Origin: the human T2T-CHM13v2.0 reference genome, Homo sapiens | Length of the DNA stretch: 64,000 nucleotides | Assembly: GCF_009914755.1 (NCBI RefSeq) | Contig: NC_060929.1 | Reading direction: 5' to 3' (one strand) | Shown: one piece after another, positions 1 through 13,836 of the stretch | Layout: each line of letters opens with the position of its first letter | How positions within the stretch are numbered: the first letter of the stretch is position 1 | Translations under genes and position numbers: made by a program | The notes under the pieces: model-generated | What the model was told of the DNA's origin: nothing | Database searches by the model: none | What the model saw: the letters and a program-made list of their open reading frames with translations, nothing else

Positions 1-385
1 ACATAGTGTTCTTGACCACAGTGTTGGTTTCACAGGAGTGCATGTAACCTCTTCTGGGCCAATCAGAGCTCTTCTTTGAGATTTTCTGCTTGGGAGCAGA
101 ATGAGAGTTTTTACTTCACCCTCTAGGTTCAAGGAACAGAAAAAATGCGAGCCTAAATTTGCCTGCTACCTCATTGTCCAAGAGATGAAAGATATCCACT
201 ACATTTGTAAAGAATGAAATCAACCCTCAGGGGGGAAAAAGAGACCTGAAAGAAGAGGAGAAAAGAAATGTCTCTAGGACATCATCTGAGCCCCTCAATA
301 TGGCTGTGCTTAAAGCCAAACCTAATAAATGCCATATTTTGCATAAGCTAGTTTGGGTTTAACCTCATGTCATTTGCAATTAACA
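1..385 (+). mobile_element. MLT1-family MaLR LTR fragment
   Basis: 'catgtaacc...ggccaatcagag' and 3' end 'taagctagtttgggttt...tgtcatttgcaa' resemble old MLT1 LTR consensus. Confidence 0.6.
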
Positions 386-699
386 AATGTTAGCAGCTTC
401 TTTGGATTATTAATTGTTGCTTGTGAACGTTTATTAAAGGATATGTTTCCTAATGCTTACTTATTATTTAAAAGAAAACATGTGTGTCTATGTGTATGTA
501 TATATGTACAGGTATATGTATGTGCTTTCTTCTGAGCACATTAGAAGCAGGCAAAGAGGGATTCTAAGGGGAGCTTTAAGCCTTGAAAAGTATAGCTTCA
601 TCATAGATAAACAAGGCCTATCATGTCATTCAATGAAGCAGGTGACTTAATCCACTTGAAGAATATTTATTGAGCAGTTATCTTTTCATTTTTTTGAGT

Positions 700-2010
700 C
701 TACTAGAACAAACATGCCACTTTTTTTTACATAAAAGGCACATACCATATATAATATTTAGGATTTTTTTCTAGTCACTTAACAATATATTTTAGAGCTA
801 CAATAAAACTCTACTTCATTCTTCCTTTATGGCTTTTTACTTTACTACTAAATAAATGTTTTATATTTTAATAGTTGTCTATGAATGGAAAACTATTATT
901 TTTAGTTTCTTGCTGCTACACAAAAGTAATTATGATAAATGGTCATGTAGGTATATCTTTGCTCTCCAAAAAGTTGGGCATTTAGAAGTTGAGCAGATTT
1001 TGCCCAATTCTTGCTCAAAGACCTTTTACCAAATTGTACTCACACCCACAGTGTATGAAAGTGAATCTCTGCACCCTTGGCTCTGCTATATTGTCGTTTT
1101 TTAAATCTTCATCCATCTTATGGATGAAAAAAAGATATTTCAATGTTCTCATTTACATTTTTAAAATTATTCATGAACCTGATTATTTTTACAAATTTGG
1201 AAGCCATTTTATTTATTTTTCTGTGAATTGCCTGTTCATATTATTTATGTAATTTCATTGTTTTTCTTCCAAATTTGTCATAGCACTTTAATATTGAAAA
1301 CAAGTTCCCTCTGTTCATTTTTATGTGTTGCAATATGCTCTTGCTTTATTTGTTTATTTATTTATTTACTATGTGTATGGTATAATTTTCTACATAGCAG
1401 TTTTTGTTTTTATTTTTGAGACAGGGTCTCACTCTGGTCACCCAGGCTGGAGTGCAGTGGTGTGACCTCCCAGGCTCAGATGAACCTCCCACCTCAGCCT
1501 CCTGGGTAGCTGTGACTACAGGTGCATGTCACCACATGCAGATAATTTTTTGCATTTTTAGTAGAGTTGGATTTTGCCATGTTGCCCAGGCTTGTCTCGA
1601 ACTCTTGGGCTCAAGTGATTTGCCTGCCTCAGCCTCCCAAAGTGCTGGGATTACAGATATGAGCCATCCACCTGGCTAGTTCTTAATTTTTGTATCTGTA
1701 AATGTATCACTCTTTTTATAGCTGCAGTTTTGTGCCTTGTTTTGAAAGAATTTTCTCACTCCAAGCAAGACTTAAAATAAACACAGTATATCCACATTTT
1801 CTTTTAGTACTTTTATTAGTTCATTTGTATATTTAAAATTTTTATCATGATGGAATTTATGTGAATAAGAAAAGAATTGAATTTTATGTCTCCTCAAACT
1901 GTTCATGGTATAATTCTTCCTTTTCCACTGATTGTAAATACTATTTTATTGTATATTTAATTACTAATATATTTGGGTGTATTATTTAGTGGTTTACTAT
2001 TTAATATGGT
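700..2010 (-). mobile_element. Old L1M(E) fragments interrupted by an Alu
   Basis: Degenerate L1 3' region motifs such as 'ttttctgtgaattgcctgttcata' and 'tttacatttttaaaattattcatga'. Confidence 0.55.
1401..1677 (-). mobile_element. AluJ-like SINE with internal deletion
   Basis: T-rich tail, then gagacagggtctcactctg...cccaaagtgctgggattaca...cctggc; 'actcttgggctcaag' is AluJ-type. Confidence 0.9.
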
Positions 2011-2169
2011 CCTGTCATTAATAAAGGCAGGTAGAAAACATCAAAGTAAAATGTACAAGCAAGTCAACATTGCTTCAAGTGCCATAAAAGTAGAAAGGCA
2101 AACAAATTTTCAAATATATGTTTTTTTCTTTACATATTTCTTCTTGGTTCTGATTACTCTCTTACTTAT

Positions 2170-2345
2170 CCAACACTACAATGTTTCACATCTATTTTCT
2201 CATTTCATCTTAGGAAAGTGCTGCTATTTCTCTATCTTACAGATGAGGGAAACAGGTCTCAGAGAGGCCTTGTGGTTTGTTTCAGGAAACCTGATGGTAA
2301 GTAGCAGAGCTAGGAGTTAAAATGAGACTTTCTGATTTTAGGTTT
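2170..2345 (-). mobile_element. MIR
   Basis: 'atcttacagatgagggaaacaggtctcagagagg' MIR core. Confidence 0.7.
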
Positions 2346-3984
2346 CTTGTTGAATTCCAAGATTTCTTTTAGAAATCAGCCATCGCATAAATTACTCATG
2401 AATGACAGTCTCCCAATCTATTCCACTTTCTAGTATACCTGGCTTCTATTACAGTGAGTTTCCTTACAAGATCCTCAATTAGGCATCATTTTTCACCTGA
2501 GAAAAAATAAATCTTAAGTTGTGACAGTCAATATTCAATAAATAGCTGCTAAATGAATTAGTCCTTCAGTCCACCTCCCACTTTTTACGGAAAAACTGTA
2601 TCTTCAGTGGGAACTTATCAATTAGAATTTGTCTTCAAAAGAAGAGTCTCTTGGGTTACTATATTGGTCCACAAACATTAATATTTAAATATTATTTCAA
2701 AAAATAGAGAATTTTGATTTTCAAAAGGATCTCCTACTCTCATTCTTATACCTTCAAACTTTTCAATGTGGTTGGAGATTTTTTTGTACTTTTTCTTACA
2801 GTTGAAATCCCCTGAGATTCAAAATTGATTATATGATCAAAAGCATTTCTTATTAGTTTTTCAACAGCCATATCTCACAGCAAAAGCCAAAGTAAGTCAC
2901 CAAATCCTGTGAGACCTCCTGAGGCAACTCTCAGGTTTTGCCTTGGTGCATTGGCTGATATGTGAAGAAGCAGAGCTTATTTTCTTGACAAGTGGATTTG
3001 TACAATTTCAACATGAAGAATTATTCAATTCAACTTTTGACCTAGGTCTTTCCACACTTTTCAGGGAGTTAGTTACAGAAAAAATTACACAAAAGAATGT
3101 TGAAAACTTTCTAGCAAGTAGAATAACAGCAATGTAAAATATAGTCATATTTACCAGAAGAAGTCAAGAAGACACCCAAGACCTTCAGGAGTTAGTGTGC
3201 AATAAGCGTTTCTTTTAATCACTCATTCATTCATTTATTCATTCATTTGACATTTCAGATAAACCATGAACAAAAATGAATATGATATCTGCCTATATGC
3301 AGCCTACATTCTGATGGAGATTTAGGATTACCATGTTACAATTAATTTTCTGTTTGTTCCATTAATTTTTTGTCCTTCTGTTTTTCCTTTCCTGCTTTTG
3401 AGTTAGTTTAATATTTTTTAGAGTTTCATTTTAATTTTTCTATTACCTTTTCAGCTGTCCCTTTTGTGTTATTATTGTTGCTCTCCTTGTTGTTGTTATT
3501 CAAGTGGTAGCTATAGGGAATTTCAACATACATTTTTAATGTTTCAATCTCCTTAAAGTTGTTGGGTGTGCCACTTAATGTTAAATGAACAAAACTTGCA
3601 ATCATATAAGTTCATTTACCTCCCAACACTGGTCTTTATGCTATAGTTGTTATTTTTTATGTATAGAAATGTTATAAGCCCCACAATTCAATCTTACAAC
3701 ATTTGCTTTACATAGCCATATGTCTTTTAAGAAAATTAAGAAAAAAATTGTTTTAAAAAATATTTACCTACACATTTATCATTTCTGATATTCTTCATTT
3801 CTCACAGAAGAAACATGTTTCAATCTGGTGTGATTTATCTTCAGCCTGGAGAACTTTTGAATTTCTTATGGTATTGTCTGCTGGTGATGAATTCTCTAGT
3901 TTTATTTTATCCGAAAATATCTCTGTTTCATCTTAATTCTTAAAGGATGATTTTATGGGATACAGAATTTTAAATTTAAAAGTT

Positions 3985-4205
3985 TAATTTTTCTTTTTTT
4001 CTTTCTTTCCCCTTTTTTTCTCTTTCTTCCTTTCTTTCTCTCTCCCTTCCTTCCTTCCTTTCTCTCTCTTTTTCCTTTCTTTCCTTTTCTCTTTCTTTCT
4101 TCCTTTCTTTCTTTCTCTTTCTTTCTCTCTTTCTCCTTCTTTCTCTCTTTCTCTCTTTCTTTCTCTCCCCTTCCCTCCCCTTCCCCTCTTCCCTCTCCTT
4201 TCTCA
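3985..4205. repeat. Polypyrimidine (TTTC/TC/TTCC)n low-complexity tract
   Basis: About 220 bp of almost only C and T. Confidence 0.95.
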
Positions 4206-4414
4206 TTTTACTTTTAGCACTTTCAAGATATAGTTCCATTCTCTTCTGGCACCTATTAGTTCTAATGAGATGTCAGAGAAAATTTATAATGTTCTGCCAT
4301 GAAATCTGCCATTTTTCTCAGGCTAAATGCAAGATTTTTGAATCTGTAAATTTATTTCTTCAAAGATTTTTTTCCCTTCCAAGCTATCAGTCCCTTTTTC
4401 CTGGGATTCTAGTT

Positions 4415-4661
4415 TGGCACAATCATGGCTCATTGCAGCCTTGACCTCCCAGATTCAAGCAATCCTCCCATCTCAGCCTCCCAAGTTGGGACTGCAAGTG
4501 CATACCAACACATCTGGCTAACAAAAAAAAAAAATTGTAGCAAAGGAGTCTCGCTATGTTGGTCAGGCTGGTCTTGGTCTTGACTTCCTAGCCTCAAGCA
4601 ACCTTCCTACCTTGGTCTCTCAAAGTGCTGGGATTACAGGCATGAGCCACCATGCCTAGCC
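4415..4661 (-). mobile_element. AluJ-like (tail end truncated)
   Basis: 'ggcacaatcatggctcattgcagccttgacctcc...aaagtgctgggattacaggcatgagccacc'. Confidence 0.85.
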
Positions 4662-4926
4662 ATATTTGCTTATCTTTTTTATGTGGTCCCACAAGTCACA
4701 AAGGTTGTATTTAATTATGTTTAGTCTTTTCTGCTCTCTTTTCTTCAGGGTGTATTATTTCTTTTGCTCTGTCTTCAAGTTTTCACTGGCTGCTCCTTCT
4801 GTCATCTCCCAACTCCTGTTAAGTTCATCCAACAATATTTTATTTACAATATTGTATTTTTCTCCTCTAGAATTTCCAGTTTTTCATAATTCATTTTTCT
4901 TTTGTGAGATTGTTTATTAAGATAAT

Positions 4927-5296
<370 letters not shown>

Positions 5297-6259
5297 TGAA
5301 ATTTTTGTCTACTAATTCTAACATTTGAGTCATCTCAGAGTCAGTCTGCTTTTCTTTCAAGTGTAGGTAACAGTTTCCTGTTTCTTCATATGTCTAGAAA
5401 TTTGTATTGAATCTAGAATATTATGAATGACATATTAGTGAATCTGGATTCTGTTATGAACCTCTGTTAGTATTGATTTTTAATTTTAATAGGCAGTAAA
5501 CTTGTTTAAACTCAGACTCTAAATTCTGTTCTTCTAGTAGTAGGCAGCAGTTTCAATTTCCAATCTGTTAACTTAGGTTCAGTCTTGCATAGGCATATTT
5601 CAGGCTCAACCAGAGATTAAGACAATGTTTTTATGCAGAACGTAGCATTCTCTGTGGCTCTCTCATTTCCACATTTCCTCTTTCCCTTCTTACTCCTGTG
5701 GTAACACCAGTCTGTGTCCTCTAGTTCTGAAACCATCAAGATTAAAAAGTTTTTCTGAGTTTTAGCATCCAGTCTCTGCCTGTTGGGGTCTGCCCTCAGG
5801 AAAAAGCCTTAAAAAGTAGGTAGCTCATCCAGTGCCCTTCGCTCTCCTGGTGTGAACTGCTGCTCAGTTTCTGCTGGCTTTTGTTCGCTTTCCAGTGTTT
5901 TCAGGTTCATACCATGTATATTTTGTCCAGAGTTTGGAAATGTTATCTGCAGGAGGGTTGGGCTGATGGAAATTACTTCTCAATTATTCAAAACTAGTTG
6001 AAACTTCATTCTAGTGGATGAGACAAGCATAAATCAAATCGCTACTCAGATAAAGATAAAAATAGCAATTATGCGAAAGTGCTCAGAAAGAGAGGTACAT
6101 GGTGTTGATAAGAGTTTATATTTTGATTCACTGATAGAGTTAGTCAATTCTTCATTGAGTTACTTTGATGATAAAATGAATACATACATGTACAATCCTT
6201 TAATGTACCTGGGACACAGTTAGCACTCAATAAATGTTAGCTATTATATTATTTGTATT

Positions 6260-7490
6260 TTCATTAGGATGATCAGGGAAGTCTTCTCTGGGAAAGGGGT
6301 ATCTGACTTAGCTCTAAAGAGGAGTAGGAATCAATGTGGTCAAAGAAGGAGAAAAGGGTTTTCTTGGTGTAGAGAAAAGCACATGCAGAAACCTTGCAGT
6401 AGCTGAGAACAGACAGAAAGGAGGCAGTAAAGGCCAGCATGGTTGGCATGGAGTGGGTGAGGGGAGCATAGTAAAGAAGACTGGAGTGGGTGGAGGTCAG
6501 GAGGTCAGACCTTTTGGAGATTGTAGGCCATGTTAAATAGTTTAGTTTTCATCTCAGGAGTAATGAGGAGCCACAGATGTGCTTTAAGGAAAGAGGTAAA
6601 ATGATGATATTTTTGTTTCAGAAAAAAAAGTTTCTGGCCACTGTGTGAAGAATGAAGTGGATGTGGGTGGAACGATGGAAGACTGCTGTAGGAGTCTAGG
6701 CAAGGGGTGAAAGGGTGGCAAGGCAAAGATGGAATTACATAGAACAGGTTGGAATGAGAGACCCAGAAGGGACCTAGATACAGGGCCACATTCTCTAAGA
6801 TGATCCATAGACATCTTTAACTCAACAGGCCAAAACAGAATACCATTTGCCAACTTTCAATGACAGAAATTTCAGTAATTCCTGCTGCTTCTTGCTTTGT
6901 TACTCCCCAAAGTGAACTGTCCCCCAAGTCATAGAAATTCTTCCCCTAAGCCCTCCTGCATTTATCTACTGCCACTCATTGCAGAGCCTTGCTCTTACTC
7001 ACCAAAGCGAGTGAAACAGCTTCCTAACAGATATCCCTATTTCCAGTCTCAACATTTTCTTATTTGTCCTCCAACCAGATCCAATACCATCTTTTCTAAA
7101 GACCCAATCTCATATGTTATCTGTGCTTAACAATCTTTCAGGACCCCTATTTGGTATAGGAGAAAGTTCAAATTCCCTAGCATGACATATGATGCTCATG
7201 ACACATGGATCTTTCCTTTCCCTCTTTCAGCAAATATTTTTATGCGCCTTTATTTGCTGGAGAAAAAGGAGGAAATGTTGACAGACATCCTTGTGCTCAT
7301 ACTGCCATTAGTCTAATGGGAGAGACAGAGGCCAGTTTCAAATTCATCTTCCTCTACTTCTTTCTCTACCTACACTGGTCTTCTTAAATTTTCTTCAGCA
7401 CATAGAATTTTTGTCACCATTAATCACTTTGTCTATTCCTTGGTATCTCTGAGCCTTTGCACATGCTGTTTACTCTTCTTTCCTCCTTCT
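6260..7490. mobile_element. L2 fragments in both orientations
   Basis: 'gatcagggaagtcttctctg', 'ttgtaggccatgttaa', 'catctttaactcaacaggccaaaacagaa', 'gagcctttgcacatgctgtt'. Confidence 0.6.
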
Positions 7491-8259
7491 CTTCTTAAGA
7501 AGACACAATTTTAATACCAATTTTTCTAACCCCCATACACATGGTACATCTTTTTTTTTTTTTTACTTATTATTTCAAATTTCTATCAAGAATCTACTGC
7601 TTGGTGAGCAGATACTTTTGTAACTGTACTTAATACTTCATATTTCACCATTTCTCCTCTTGTCTCTTGCAGTAAACAATAAAATATTTGAGAGTGGGAA
7701 GCTGATCTGTTCGTTTTTGTTGTTGTTCTGTCATCTACAACATGGCCCAGCCCCAGTCAACAATCAATTGTTTATCGACTCTTTTAAAGCCATCTCATTC
7801 TACAGATGGGAAAATAAAAATGCCAAGAGGGGAAGTGACAAGCCTTGCGAAAGGTCTTGGAGTTATTTTAAGACTACTGTTTCTAAGTAGGGGGTTGTCA
7901 ATATTTCTCTGAGTAATGTACTGGAAGGTTTCATGGAAGTGACAGGACTTAGGATGAGCTGACAAGTTTGACTAGGATTTGGGATTGTGGATATACAACT
8001 GGAAGCTGGTGGAAGTTGACCTGGGACTGAGGAATTTGGTCAGTAGTTTAATGACCTCTGTCAGCTGAATCTATGAACACAGGTTACTAAATAGAAAGCA
8101 AAGGGGCTGTGGTGAACGAGTACTAACATGCAAGAGCAAAACTCTGAATTCTATTCCTAGTGCACACCTCACTGCGTGGTCTTGGAATAGTCCTGTCTTT
8201 TTTCTGGGTAGCAATTCTAATAAAAAGATACACAGCATTATCAATAATAACCACTTATA

Positions 8260-8440
8260 TTTATTAAATCATTAATATTTTCTAAGTACTATTCTGAAAC
8301 CTTTATGTTTTACAGATGAGGATACCTACCTTCAAAGAGTTGAAGTAACTTGGCCAAGGTTACATAACTAGTTAGTGATGAAGCTAGGAATCTTGCCCCA
8401 GGATGTTGGACTAGACAATCCAAATTCCAATTTAACTATA
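8260..8440 (-). mobile_element. MIR
   Basis: 'ttttacagatgagga...aagtaacttggccaaggttacataactagttagtg'. Confidence 0.7.
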
Positions 8441-9100
8441 AAGACTTTAAAGGAGTTTCTGCCACAACAACCCTTGGACATCCTAGGGCTTATTACAGGA
8501 GTAACCGTCTCTCTTTTAAAGTAACCTATGCACCCAGCTTCCTCCCAGCGGGGTAGAATTTCTCACCTGGGAAGCCTAGCGATTATCTCTGGTTTGCACA
8601 CACAAAAAACACATGGATCATTTGAGACTCTCAATTGGCTGTGATGGTAAATCATTATTTTTAAAAATAGATTCAGTACACAGAGGTCTTATCTGCATGG
8701 TTCTATATTTCACTGCTATTTTTTATCTTTAAATGTTATTAATCATATGAGCAAGTTAGCAAAGCACTTTCACATATATTTCTTTCACATTCAATACAAT
8801 TGCCTGTTTTGGATGAAAAGACAGACTTATTCTGTGATTTTCTCAAAAGCACACAGATAATAAGTGGTTACATTGGTGTTTGAACTTCAAAATCTCTTCT
8901 TTGCAATCTTCCCATCTCCAACATGTGGTTGGCCACAGATACAGGTAAATTTATGTGAATCATCAAGTAATAAGAATCCCGACTTCCTTTGGCTGACTGC
9001 TTTGCTGCACTTTAGAAGCTCAGGTTGCAAAGTTTAGATCATTGAATTCACCATTCCTCCTCTTACTTCACCAGTTTCATCCTCCACTGTTTGGAGTACC

Positions 9101-9410
9101 TTTTTTTTTGTTTTTTTGTTTGTTTTTGTTTTGAGACGGAGTTTCGCTCTTGTTGCCCAGGCTGGAGTGCAATGGCCGACGACTCACCGCAACCTCCACC
9201 TCCCAGGTTCAAGCGATTCTCCTGCCTCAGCCTCCTGCGTAGCTAGAATTACAGGCATGCGCCACCACACCCAGCTAATTTTGTATTTTTAGTAGAGACA
9301 GGGTTTCTCCATATTGGTCAGGCTGGTTTTGAACTCCCGACCTCAGGTGATCTGCCCACATTGGTCTCCCAAAGTACTGGGATTACAGGTGTGAGCCACC
9401 ATGCCCGGCC
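9101..9410 (-). mobile_element. AluSp/Sq-like with TSD
   Basis: 'gagtttcgctcttgttgcccagg...gcaatgg'; TSD ttggagtacc(ttt) at 9091 and 9411. Confidence 0.93.
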
Positions 9411-9454
9411 TTGGAGTACCTTTAATAGGTGGTAGTCCAGCCTCCAAAGGTAGC

Positions 9455-10046
9455 TGTGATGGTCAATTTTACGTGTCAACTTGTCTGGGCCACAGCATGC
9501 CCAAGTAGCTGGCTAAACATTATTTCTGGATGTATCTGTGGTGTTTCTGGAAGAAATTAGCATTTGGATTAGTGCACTGGCAAAGCAGATGGCGTTCCCC
9601 AATGTACAATGTGCGTGGGCATCACCCAATCCATGGAGGGCCTGAATAGAACAAAAAGGCAAGAGAAGGTGAATTTTCTCTGTCTGATTGCCTGAACTGG
9701 GATATCAATCTTCTATTGCCTTTGGTGATCCTGCCTCTCAGGACTTCAGACCCGACTAGAGCCTATATCATTGGCTCTCTGGCTCTCAGGCCTATGAACT
9801 ACACCTTTGGGTTTCCTGGGTCTCCAGCTTACAGGCAGGAGAACATGGGACTTACCAGCCTCCAGAGTCATGTGGGCCACTATGTTATAATAAGTATCTT
9901 ATAATATTTATAATATATATTATAATATCTTGTAACATACTATATTATAATTCAATTATACCTATATTATATTATAATAGAAATCATATAATCAGCCTCA
10001 TCATGTATGCATACATGTATACATGTATATAGATATAGATACAGAT

Positions 10047-10082
<36 letters not shown>

Positions 10083-10122
10083 TCTATTGATTCTGTTTCT
10101 CTGGAGAACCTTGACTAATACA
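9455..10122 (+). mobile_element. MLT2 (ERVL) solo LTR with internal AT/CA repeat
   Basis: Starts tgtgatggtcaattttacgtgtcaact, ends ctggagaaccttgactaataca; 5-bp TSD GTAGC at 9450-9454 and 10123-10127. Confidence 0.9.
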
Positions 10123-10959
10123 GTAGCCCACCTTATCCCTGAGCAGCTTTGAAGTTAATATGAAGATTAATAACCTTCTTTTATTGAGTGAAATTTCCCT
10201 CCTGACATTACCACTCATTGAATCCTAGCTCAGCCTTTTGCCTCTTCTCTCTAACAACCTCTCAGATAATTTATTTTGGTTCTCAACTTTGATTCTTTTC
10301 TCATTTTTGTGTGTGTGGATTTGCCTTGGTCTCAGCTTCCTCATTTACAAAATGGATAGATAGACTGGTCTCATGTGACCTCCATAAAGCTTTGATCCTA
10401 TGATCCTATGGTATTATATTAATAAATGTCCAAATAATTGTACCCCAAAACAGAAAAGCTTGCTTGCTGCCAGGAATACTAAAAGGCAAATGTTCCCTAA
10501 CATTTCGTTCATTGTATCTTTTCCTTTCTTTCATTTTGTTTGTGTTTTTCTGGAGATGGAGAAGATAGTCCAGAGAAGGTGGGTGGATGCCTGCTTCATT
10601 GTTGATGCTGCCATGCCCTCAGGCTAGGAAAAGATTTGAAGTGGTTAGGGATGCTGAAGGCCCAAAGCAGTCCCACCCTTTCCCACCTTGGCTTCCAGCT
10701 GCATTTCCAAATTACAGGGTGTTTTCCAGATAAAAATCCTGATTGACTGGCATTCACCCCAAGTCTCACACAGCCTCCTCTCTGGCACCTTCTCATAGAT
10801 GCCTCACATACCCAAGTGTGTCTGTGACCTCTCCTCCACAATATTCTCTGATGAAGGGGTACAGCTTTTCTGCAATCTATGAAAATATAGAGAGGACCAA
10901 ATGTTTAGAAAGCTTGTATAGACCCACACACACTGACTGGTGTGTGAAACAGTAACAAC

Positions 10960-11220
10960 AATACAAAATAATAACAAATAGCTACTTAATAATAAATACG
11001 TTCTAGCACTAGACTAAGAGCTGTATGTACTTTATCCTATTTATATCTCACAATAACCCTAAGAGATTGGTATTATTTTTCACCTTTTTGTAGTTAATGA
11101 AACTAAACTTGGATACATAGATCACTGACCCAGTGTCACACATGATCAATGGAGAGCCCAAATCCCAGCCCAAAGTTGTAAAACGATAATGCCTGAGCTC
11201 ATCACACTATACAATACTGC
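10960..11220 (-). mobile_element. MIR
   Basis: 'tctcacaataaccctaagagattggtattatt' MIR motif. Confidence 0.6.
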
Positions 11221-12049
11221 CTTATTTTTAAAATTATGTTTTTAAATTTTTCCATCTGTTAATCACTGCTTCCCTGAAGCCTTCTAGGATGTCCTCTACA
11301 ACTGATTTAGGGCTCTCCACTGTGTTTCATTGCATTCAGTGCATGGTTTTATGCTAATGCTTAGCACACTGTTTAAAATCTTCCATTTGTCTTTTTTTCA
11401 CTCGTTTGTAGGCTACTTGAAGACAAAGACTGTGTCTCTTTGTGTTCACCTGCCTTTCTCCTACCACACCTTTCTTCTCAAATATGAGTGTTTAGGACAC
11501 TCTTGCTCCAGAGGATTGTCAATAGCTCTTGGTTTTATGACCAAAATCAGAAATTACTGGGTGAGGAGATGGCAAACCCCACCCATCCCTTTCTAGGAAT
11601 TGAGAGAACTAATTCCTCCGGGTGTTCCCAGAAGGGATGGGAGCTCAGATGCTGCATTAAGGAGAAGAAATGGTATGACTTAAGAGGTAGCTCCCCCGAT
11701 ATGAAGTAGTATTGTGGTGTTTCAGGATTTTTATAGAAAACTTTCTGGAGTACTGACTGCTAAATGTCACTGGACCATGGACCTAAAACCATGTATTCTT
11801 AAGAAAAGCATGGGGAGTCTCTGTAACTGAGCTTAGGTTCAGTGCAGAGGAAGAGTATGGGGACCATCTCCGAGCCCATCTGGAGGACCAATGATGCCCA
11901 GCAGTATCACGTTCTGGGAACAACAGAAATGACAGTGATGAGCATCTTCAGCTTTCATCAGGACCCTAGCCTTCCCCATCGTCCATACCCTTTAAGCTCC
12001 AAAGAAGTGAATGCTTCAAGCATGACAGATTTCACTTACTATCAACTTT

Positions 12050-12330
12050 CATATACGGAGGCTGAGAACTTTAGTATGCCAAAATCATGGAGCAGATCTG
12101 TACCTGTTGTGTTTACATATGTATATCAGTGTATGGGCATGAAAACTTTCTGGGAGAACATGCAAGAAACTGCTGAAGGTGGTTGCCTCAAGGTAGAAGA
12201 ATTAAGGATCTATGGGGAAGGGGAGGTGTGTTTTTCACTGGAAATGTTTTTATAATGTCTAAATGTTACATCAAGTGTATGTATTATTTGTATAACAATA
12301 TAAAAAAGCTAATTTATATAATAAATGTAA
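12050..12330 (+). mobile_element. L1ME-like 3' end fragment
   Basis: 'ctgggagaacatgcaagaaactgctgaaggtggttgcctc'. Confidence 0.5.
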
Positions 12331-12539
12331 TGAAAGTTTATTTTTAAATATTTGGCACAAATTTTAAAGGATTGGAATTTGCATCAATTCTATGTAGAGA
12401 CCCAGCCTGAGCTCCAGATGTGTTTTCTTTAGGATTCTAGAGGAGAAATTGTGGGGCAGTTCTACCAGAAGTTTATTTACACGGAACGCTAAAAAGTCTC
12501 CTGATAAGTGGATAAGAGAAGGGTGGAGGGAGTGATTCA

Positions 12540-12740
12540 GAATAATAGTGGCAATAAGAGAAATAAGTAACATTTAATGAAGGCAAAATACTAGATTCTT
12601 TACATGGATCATCTCATTTAAACAGTCCAGTGAAGCAGGTGCCATTATTATTCCTGTGGAAATTGAGGCTCTGAGAGTTTGAATAACTAGCAAATGGCAA
12701 AGTTGAGATTTAATTCCAAGCAACCTAAAGCCAGAGCCCA
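12540..12740 (-). mobile_element. MIR
   Basis: 'catctcatttaa...ggaaattgaggctctgagag'. Confidence 0.6.
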
Positions 12741-13705
12741 AATTATTTACTTGTGTGTTCTAACTCCATGTGAGTGGGGCACCCTATCTGATATGCAGAT
12801 TCTCTTTCCACCCCAGCTGTCTTGATAGCATAACTACCTCCAGCAGGGACAGAGACAATCTGACAACTACCCATCAGGAAAAATGGCAGATCCCACTTGG
12901 CCACCTGGAGAGCCAGTTTTTGGATTACATGTGACATACTTTGGGAACTCTCAAAACTATCTGGAAAGAATTGAGAGTAACTGAGAGAACAGAGGGGCAG
13001 AGCCAGAGAAATGCTGTATTGTGGTTATTACCATGATACTATTTTTATTCCCAGTGGCCCAGGAAACAGTTTTACATAATAATGTTTAAAGGAAATAAGA
13101 AATGTCAAAGCAGGGGCTCCCTTCCCCCAAATCATAAGAATAGGATTATCTCAATTCCTACAAAGCAGAATTACCTGAAGTTTAACTATGAAAAAAAAAA
13201 ACTCATTTCCTGCAGAAGTTCTCAGCCTATTGGTGCTGGTGACACCTAGAATCAGAAGGAGTGGGGTTAAGAGAGGAGAGTCTACATCCTAATGCTCTAT
13301 GACATCTCCTTGATGGTGGAATGGAAAGTTAGCTCCCTGTGCCCTGAGGCTTTGCATGTAGCTATGTAAATGGCTGCACTTTCATTCACTTATGTATCTT
13401 AAGACTGATTCCCACAGAGAGTGAATACATTGAACGTCAAACTATCTAAACTGGAGCTAGAAAGGAATTTGAAGTTTATCTAGTTCAGAGGTTTTCTTTC
13501 TCTCTTTTTCTTATCTTTAAAAGGATCAGAATTCCCCTTCTTTTCTTTTTCCAAATGAGATCTTATGTAGAATTTTATCATATAAAGCAGATAAAGGATA
13601 ACTGCTCTGGATGAAATGGGGGTCTCCTAGGCAGTGCCTGCTCATGTTCCCTAATGCCCAACCCCTACATCTGTGCCTTGTTGTGTTTTGAGATGGCTTA
13701 AAATA

Positions 13706-13836
13706 AAGGAGTCATATAATCTATTGTTAAAACTGAGACAGTTTTGAGCATATAAGGAGACCCTGTTAATAATTATGCTGCAACAACGGGTGTAAACTGG
13801 GACTATCATAAATAAATTAGAAAGCATGGAACCCTA
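13706..13836. mobile_element. MER94-like hAT-Blackjack MITE
   Basis: 'gtcatataatctattgttaaaactgagacagttttgag...gtaaactgggacta...gcatggaacccta'. Confidence 0.55.

Noticed and set aside
3976-4239. Highly charged K/E/R ORF
   Set aside because: Translation of the purine strand of a simple repeat
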